A stretch of 64,000 nt of DNA from assembly GCA_027031495.1 (NCBI GenBank), contig JALVQA010000004.1:120070-184069 (forward strand), given 5' to 3'. A program made the position numbers and the translations under genes. Origin of the DNA: Candidatus Moraniibacteriota bacterium. GTDB taxonomy: Bacteria; Patescibacteriota; Minisyncoccia; Moranbacterales; GCA-2747515. The notes under the pieces are model-generated. The model ran no database searches. It had not been told where the DNA came from and worked only from the letters and a program-made list of their open reading frames with translations. Shown piece by piece: positions 58,561-64,000 of the stretch. The stretch's first letter is position 1, and every line of letters starts with the position of its first letter.

Positions 58561-59256
58561 ATGACAAAGAAAACCTCACGATACAAACAAAAGTATGCAC
58601 GCGGGGCACATGCAATTGTTGCGGTTGATGTTGTTGTTTTTAGTGTGATTAACGAAGAATTACACGTGCTTTTGACGCAAACGAATAAGCCGGAACTAAA
58701 GGGGTTGTGGGCGGTACCGGGTGCACTGGTCGCACCGGATGAATCGCTGGAAGAGGCAGTGGAGCGTGTGCTTACAACAAAAACCGGTCTTAAGAATGTG
58801 CTGACAGAACAATTAGCGACATTTGGTGATCCTGATCGTGATCCGTTTGGGCGCGTTGTGAGTGTGGCGTATTTAGCGTTGGTGCATGCAGATAAACATG
58901 TTCTTTCCACAACACATGAATATGATGCAATTGCGTGGGTACCGGTAGATCGCCTTCCGCGCATGGCGTACGATCACAAGAAGATTGTGCGAGCAGCTGC
59001 CCAACGTTTGCGTGCGAAATTGACATATAGCACGATTGCGCGCGGCATTCTGCCAAAGGAGTTCACGTTGACGCAAATGCAAACAGTGTATGAACATATT
59101 CTCGGACATCCTTTGGACAAGCGTAATTTTCGTAAAAAAATTCTTGCATTAGGCATTATTGAGCCAACAGGGAAGTACTATAGACAGCAGCGTGCACGTC
59201 CAGCTGCTCTGTATCGTTTTCGTTCAACAAAGACGGAAATCGTGGATATTTTATGA
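58561..59256 (+). CDS. NrtR-like Nudix-fold transcriptional regulator (Nudix domain + C-terminal winged-helix)
   Basis: Nudix box GALVAPDESLEEAVERVLTTKTG. The C-terminal …FTLTQMQTVYEHILGHPLDKRNFRKKILALGIIEPTG…RPAALYRF matches the NrtR DNA-binding domain pattern. Confidence 0.65.
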   Translation: MTKKTSRYKQKYARGAHAIVAVDVVVFSVINEELHVLLTQTNKPELKGLWAVPGALVAPDESLEEAVERVLTTKTGLKNVLTEQLATFGDPDRDPFGRVVSVAYLALVHADKHVLSTTHEYDAIAWVPVDRLPRMAYDHKKIVRAAAQRLRAKLTYSTIARGILPKEFTLTQMQTVYEHILGHPLDKRNFRKKILALGIIEPTGKYYRQQRARPAALYRFRSTKTEIVDIL

Positions 59257-59364
59257 TATTGTTTTGCTTTTACAGATGCTTCTAAATGTCACTAACAGTG
59301 GCGTTTTTTATACGTGAAAAAATATTTTTAGCGCATATCCTCTGCTCTTTTTTCGTGAAGGAGG

Positions 59365-59466
59365 TTGACAAAATTTATATAGTGTATATACTACACTATA
59401 TAACACACAATATGTTAGAGAATATCATTATTTTTTCTCCTAACTAAGTGTGTTATATACACTAAG
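59365..59466 (+). promoter_or_regulatory. Promoter (TTGACA-16 nt-TATACT) overlapped by two palindromic operator-like sites sharing AGTGT-N7-ACACT
   Basis: Site 1 at 59376-59402 is TATATAGTGTA-tatac-TACACTATATA. Site 2 at 59444-59466 is CTAAGTGT-gttatat-ACACTAAG. Both lie upstream of the isochorismatase-family gene. Confidence 0.45.
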
Positions 59467-59608
59467 TTATTCTTTCACACGGGGTTACTCATCTAGGAGT
59501 AATTGTGACAATCGCTCGTATTGTCCGCAGGAAACTGTGCTGTGTAAGAGGAATATACAGTGTAGTGTGCATATAAGAAATGCGCACATAGTTCGTTAAC
59601 AGTAAACT

Positions 59609-60445
59609 TTGGAGGTAAAAACGATGGCACAACGTGTTCATTTGGTTGTTATCGATCCACAGAACGACTTCATGGATCAGCCCGACGCGGCATTGCCTGT
59701 TGCTGGCGCGACTGCTGACATGCAGCGCCTTGCGGCGATGCTCTCGCGCATTGGGCACAAGTTGGATGATGTGCATGTTACGCTGGATTCGCACCATGCG
59801 ATTGACGTAGCGCATCCCGGCTTCTGGCGTGATGCTAATGGCCAACATCCGGATCCGTTTACCATCATCACGCCTGATGATGTGGAGAATGGTGTCTGGG
59901 TACCGCGAGACGCGGCTTTGCGGGATCGCATGCTTTGTTATGCCGAAGCGCTTGCCGCTGATGGCAAGTACCCACTCATGATCTGGCGGGAACACTGCCT
60001 GATTGGGACACCGGGGCATAACGTCCAGGCGGACCTCATGGCGACGCTGCTGGATTGGGGACGCAAGAATTTTGCCAATGTGGACTTCGTGACCAAGGGG
60101 GCAAACCCGTTCACGGAGCACTACGGCGCATTGATGGCGGAGGTGCCGGACCCCAACGATCCGTCTACCGGCCTGAACGCGGCGTTCCTGCAAATGCTCG
60201 CCGAAGCGGACATTGTGGCAGTCGCCGGTGAGGCTCTCTCGCACTGTGTTAAGGCGACCGTTGATCAGATTGCCGAGCATATCGGCGCGGAGCATATCAA
60301 GAAGTTCCATATTCTGACCGACTGTGCGTCGCCGGTGGCACAGGTGGGCGATGGGCCGGATTTTCCGGCAATTGCTGAGGCGTGGCTTTCCGACATGGAA
60401 GCGGCCGGGATGGTACTGACTACGTCGGAAGCGTTTCTGGCATAG
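59609..60445 (+). CDS. Isochorismatase-family cysteine hydrolase (nicotinamidase/PncA-like)
   Basis: HLVVIDPQNDF N-terminal motif (catalytic Asp) and catalytic Cys in GEALSHCV. Good RBS ggaggtaaaaacg. About 60% GC. Confidence 0.75.
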   Translation: MEVKTMAQRVHLVVIDPQNDFMDQPDAALPVAGATADMQRLAAMLSRIGHKLDDVHVTLDSHHAIDVAHPGFWRDANGQHPDPFTIITPDDVENGVWVPRDAALRDRMLCYAEALAADGKYPLMIWREHCLIGTPGHNVQADLMATLLDWGRKNFANVDFVTKGANPFTEHYGALMAEVPDPNDPSTGLNAAFLQMLAEADIVAVAGEALSHCVKATVDQIAEHIGAEHIKKFHILTDCASPVAQVGDGPDFPAIAEAWLSDMEAAGMVLTTSEAFLA

Positions 60446-60512
60446 ACGCTGTTGTTCTTAACTGGCGCCACGCATATGGTGTGGCGCCCAACCAAACCTA
60501 TGGAGGTGTATC

Positions 60513-61268
60513 ATGCCAAAGTTACTCAAAGATGACACTGTGCTGGAGCAGCGCAGTTTAGATGGTGGCGCGTTTACATTTCGCGCAGCACGGATTGACA
60601 AGCTCGGAGCAACCGAGTACACGCTGGTGACCATTGCTGTTGATGTTACCGGCAGTACATACGCGTTCTCCGACCAACTGCGTGATGCGCTGGTGAATGC
60701 CGTGGCAGCATGTCAGCGCTCGCCGTTTGTGGATCGCTTGCTGCTGCGTGTGGTAACGTTCTCTACGGCAGCAGGTGGTGTGCAGGAACTCCACGGCTTT
60801 GCCCCACTTGCGGATGTGGACGTTGCCGGATATCCGGTGTTTGAGCCGGATGGTCTGACGCCACTGTACGACGCGGTCTATGCATCGGTTGGCGCCATGG
60901 AACAGTATGCGGAGGATCTCTACAATGAGGATTACCTGAGCAATGGTATCGTCATTGTCATTACCGACGGTCTTGATAACGTCTCGCAGGTGACGCCGGC
61001 GATGATCAAGGAGAAGATTGGTAATATCCGACGCAAGGAGCGCATGGAGTCGCTCGTGACAATCCTGGTGGGCATCAACGCTGAAGAGTACCGTGGTGAA
61101 CTGGAGGCATTTCGGCGCAACGTGGGAATTGATTACTACGTTGATGCCGGTGCGGCCAGTGATGCGACGCTCGCGCGGCTGGCGCAATTCGTCAGTCAAA
61201 GTGTTGTGGCACAATCGCAGGCGCTTGGCAGCGGTGGACCGAGTCAGGCAATTTCCGCCACAATCTAA
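60513..61268 (+). CDS. von Willebrand factor A domain protein, TerY-like
   Basis: MIDAS residues are present: DVTGST (DxSxS-like), the Thr in GLTPLYDAV, and the DG in VITDGLDN. The size (251 aa) is typical of TerY. Confidence 0.7.
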   Translation: MPKLLKDDTVLEQRSLDGGAFTFRAARIDKLGATEYTLVTIAVDVTGSTYAFSDQLRDALVNAVAACQRSPFVDRLLLRVVTFSTAAGGVQELHGFAPLADVDVAGYPVFEPDGLTPLYDAVYASVGAMEQYAEDLYNEDYLSNGIVIVITDGLDNVSQVTPAMIKEKIGNIRRKERMESLVTILVGINAEEYRGELEAFRRNVGIDYYVDAGAASDATLARLAQFVSQSVVAQSQALGSGGPSQAISATI

Positions 61269-61441
61269 AGTGGCATAACCACGGGGTGGCAATCAATATA
61301 TTGTCACCCCTTTATTTTTTGTTGAGGACGGCGAAATGTGTTACATAAAAAACTTGCATTATGTCATAAATTATGACATAATTGCGTCGCGATAAATTTT
61401 TTATGGCATTGTTTTTTCACAACAAAAAGAGGAGGTCAATT

Positions 61442-62299
61442 ATGACATATTCCACAGATACGATAACACTTGTCGGCAGTGCACATCAACGTGCATTTAC
61501 ACCGGGACAAGATGCTGCTAGTGCCGGTGTAGTATCTGGTAAAGCTGGTGGCGCATTTGCCATCGTGTCGGATGGGTGCTCGTCCGGCGGACGTGCAGAG
61601 ATCGGTGCGCAGCTACTAACCGCTGCAGCAGAGCGAGCTGCACGTTTAAAGATTGCCGGTGATGATATGGTGCAATCATTGTTAGTATCCGTGCTTGAGG
61701 CAACAGAGAAGGCGGCATGCGATGTGGCGCTTGCGGATGATGATCTCTTCGCAACGCTTCTGTATGCAATTGTCACGCCTGATCGCGCGTTTGTACGTGT
61801 CTATGGCGATGGTGTCGTTGCGGTCGGTTTCCGTGACGGCACGTGGCAATTTCTTCGCGTTGAGTGGGAAAAGAACACGCCGTTCTATCCTATCTACTAC
61901 ACGCGAAAGAATGTGGACACGTTTCTCACTGTACACGGTAGTGCATTACACACGGCAGTCTATGTGGAACACGTCACATACGACCCTGATGGCACCGCGT
62001 GGCGGCAGTTTTGCACGCGACATACTGTTGCAGAGGGTATGATGGGGTTGATGCTGTCGCTTGACGCTGGAGCATTGCGTGACATCTGCGCACTCGGCGT
62101 CTTTACGGATGGTGTGGCGTCACTTCCCACAGTCCCGTGGGACAACATGATGCGTGAGATTGTAGCATTCAAGAGCACCACCGGTGCGTTTCTGCGCCGG
62201 CGCGTAGGTCATGTGCTGCGTGACCTCAGCATTGCGCCGACAGATGACCTGTCCGGTGCGATGGTATGGCTTTCTTCTGATGACGGAGGTGGATCATGA
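61442..62299 (+). CDS. PP2C-family Ser/Thr protein phosphatase
   Basis: FAIVSDGCSSGG (metal-binding DG), VYGDGVV and LGVFTDGV motifs. Strong RBS agaggagg precedes ATG 61442. Confidence 0.75.
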   Translation: MTYSTDTITLVGSAHQRAFTPGQDAASAGVVSGKAGGAFAIVSDGCSSGGRAEIGAQLLTAAAERAARLKIAGDDMVQSLLVSVLEATEKAACDVALADDDLFATLLYAIVTPDRAFVRVYGDGVVAVGFRDGTWQFLRVEWEKNTPFYPIYYTRKNVDTFLTVHGSALHTAVYVEHVTYDPDGTAWRQFCTRHTVAEGMMGLMLSLDAGALRDICALGVFTDGVASLPTVPWDNMMREIVAFKSTTGAFLRRRVGHVLRDLSIAPTDDLSGAMVWLSSDDGGGS

Positions 62300-64000
62300 G
62301 ACATGTTGAGTTGGAAGGACGCGGAAGCGCGCTTCTCACGGATGAGAAGCATGTTGCCACGGGCGGTGAAGCAAGCGTGTATCGCGACGGTGACACCGCC
62401 ATCAAGGTTTATACGGACCCCGATGCCATGCGTACGCGGGTGCCTGTGGAGAAACTACGGCGCTTGATGCACCTGCGACACGATCACATTGTTGCGCCGC
62501 AGGGAATAGTGACGCACAATGGCGATCCGATAGGGTACTACATGCCCTTTATGGATGGCGCACCACTTCTGCAGGCCTTTCCGACGGCATTCTGGCAGCG
62601 CAGTGGCTTTAATATGGCACAAGCGCTGCGTATTGTTGATCAGATGCGCGATATTATGCAGTACGCGCATGACACCGGTACAGTGGTCGCTGATCCCAAT
62701 GAGATGAATTGGTTGCTTGTAGGGAAGGGTGGCGCTATGCAGGTGTATGCCATTGATGTGGATGCGTGGGGCATAGATACGTTTCCTGCTAAAGTAGTTT
62801 CGCCGAGTGTGCGTGACTATCATGCGGAAGCTTTCACGCCGGAAGCGGACTGGTTCGGGTGGGCAGTTGTAACGTTTCAATTGCTTACCGGTATCCATCC
62901 CTACAAAGGTGTACTTTCGCCGTACAAGCGACACGACCTGGAAGCACGTATGCGCGACAACGCATCAGTGTTTGCGCCCGGCGTGCGTCTGCCCTCGGCG
63001 GTGCGGCCGTTTGCGCAGATTCCGTCAGTGTTGCTTGCGTATTATCAAGTTGTCTTTCAGGATGGTTTGCGAGAGTCGCCGCCGATGATTGGTGGCACGG
63101 TGAGAACGGTCAGCATTGCTGCTTCTGTGCGCGCTGTGCCTGCAGTGGCGCGGGGTGCACTGACATGGCGTGTTGTCTATGACCAACAACCGATAGCACA
63201 CGTTTACCTCGGTGGCCTGGCGCGGACGCGTGAAGGATTGCTCGTGGATCTTGCGACGCACGATGTGCTACTGCGTGACGTGCCGGTGGATGCTGTTGTT
63301 GTGCGCCAGTCAGATAGTGTGCTCGTTGCTGTCACGGACGATGGCGCACCGGTGCTGCGTGTTATTCGTGCACACCACAAACCACAAACAGCTGTACTGC
63401 ACCTGCAAGGGGTGATGCGGTTTGTGAGTGCCGAAGGACGATTGTTTGCAGTAACGCACCGCTCACTGACGGAGGTGCAAGTGCTGCAGATGGGTCGCAC
63501 GCTCATAGCAACAGCCGGTACGGCCTGGCCAATTCTGCCACACGCATTGCAGTGGTTTGACGGCATCGGTGTGCAGGATGCATTGGGTGCGCGATGCCTC
63601 GTCGTACCGGATGCTCACGCGGGTTGCGCTATGGTGCGGGTGCCGGAACTGGATGGGGCGCGTATCGTGAGCGTCGTGCGGCGTAATCGTATCGCTGTTG
63701 TGACAACTGTTGATGATGCCGGGAACTACCGGCGGCGAGTCATCGTAATGGACAGCAAGCTGAAGGAATACACGATTGACGTTGTGGCGGATGCTGAGGA
63801 TGGCATCGTGCAGCACGTTGTGCTTCCGAAGGGTGTTGTCGCTACCATTGTGGAGGACGGTGTGCTGGACATCAGCGTGCCATCACATGGTAAACAACAG
63901 CATATTCGGGACGGCGCACTGCGCACAGACATGCAGTTGGCACACAACAACAACGATGTGTATGTCGTCACGCCGGACGGGGTGGTGCAGCACATTACCA
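62296..64000 (+). CDS. Protein-kinase-like fold protein (putative Ser/Thr kinase), 5' 568 codons. It continues beyond the window
   Basis: My own translation, since it is not in the ORF track. The ATG overlaps the PP2C stop (ATGA) and RBS GGAGG lies upstream. Gly-rich loop TGGEASVY and Lys in AIKVY. Catalytic-loop-like HDTGTVVADPNEMNWLL and DFG-like IDVDAWG. No stop before the window end. Confidence 0.6.
   Translation, partial: MRHVELEGRGSALLTDEKHVATGGEASVYRDGDTAIKVYTDPDAMRTRVPVEKLRRLMHLRHDHIVAPQGIVTHNGDPIGYYMPFMDGAPLLQAFPTAFWQRSGFNMAQALRIVDQMRDIMQYAHDTGTVVADPNEMNWLLVGKGGAMQVYAIDVDAWGIDTFPAKVVSPSVRDYHAEAFTPEADWFGWAVVTFQLLTGIHPYKGVLSPYKRHDLEARMRDNASVFAPGVRLPSAVRPFAQIPSVLLAYYQVVFQDGLRESPPMIGGTVRTVSIAASVRAVPAVARGALTWRVVYDQQPIAHVYLGGLARTREGLLVDLATHDVLLRDVPVDAVVVRQSDSVLVAVTDDGAPVLRVIRAHHKPQTAVLHLQGVMRFVSAEGRLFAVTHRSLTEVQVLQMGRTLIATAGTAWPILPHALQWFDGIGVQDALGARCLVVPDAHAGCAMVRVPELDGARIVSVVRRNRIAVVTTVDDAGNYRRRVIVMDSKLKEYTIDVVADAEDGIVQHVVLPKGVVATIVEDGVLDISVPSHGKQQHIRDGALRTDMQLAHNNNDVYVVTPDGVVQHIT

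Noticed and set aside
59489-61292. Minus-strand ORFs 59489..60310 and 60558..61292 covering the isochorismatase and vWA genes
   Set aside because: Same GC-driven shadow-ORF effect. The plus-strand products carry precise catalytic and MIDAS motifs and have ribosome-binding sites.
1-64000. Alternative genetic code with UGA read as Gly (code 25), as used by some CPR lineages
   Set aside because: TGA terminates ruvA, the giant ORF, the PP2C gene and several others at positions consistent with normal protein lengths. Long housekeeping ORFs (polA, ftsH, metG) are intact under code 11.

Overview
This 64-kb window looks like a small-genome bacterial chromosome segment. The backbone is about 40-45% GC with short intergenic spacers, and the gene content is Patescibacteria/CPR-like or Gram-positive-like. 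I could not run any taxonomic check.

Most of it is housekeeping. I recognise tsaE, a lipoprotein cyclophilin, polA, holA, rpsT, ruvA, a FemAB-family transferase with a MurE-like ligase, tRNA-Ala(GGC), tRNA-Ser(GCU), lgt, a GH73-like peptidoglycan hydrolase, a sortase, efp, the rpsF-ssb-rpsR operon, tRNA-Val(GAC), ftsH, tilS, cmk, rpsA, ftsW/rodA, glyQS, pepA, an M16 peptidase, two AI-2E transporters, rsmI, metG, an MraY/WecA-family transferase and a DUF192 protein.

The accessory content I would look at first is:
- a 4.8-kb giant repetitive surface protein ending in a phage-tail-fibre-type intramolecular chaperone domain (31350-36152), with an open frame continuing past its stop;
- an AT-rich island (50322-55846) between GC-rich metG and the MraY/WecA-family gene, encoding a roughly 1370-aa repeat + Hsp90/MORC-like GHKL ATPase + HExxH protein, currently split by two homopolymer frameshifts, plus a second degenerate-GHKL protein;
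- a sharply GC-rich block (59609 to the window end) carrying an isochorismatase-family hydrolase followed by a vWA(TerY-like) + PP2C phosphatase + protein-kinase-like triad (TerY-P architecture). It sits downstream of a NrtR-like Nudix regulator and two AGTGT-N7-ACACT palindromic operators;
- two promoter-to-terminator small-RNA or leader candidates (19599-19707 and 31187-31324);
- three homopolymer-associated frameshifts, and a collagen-like 9-bp microsatellite inside a secreted protein.

I found no rRNA, CRISPR array, transposase or integrase. Coordinates for non-ORF features were counted by hand and may be off by 1-2 nt.
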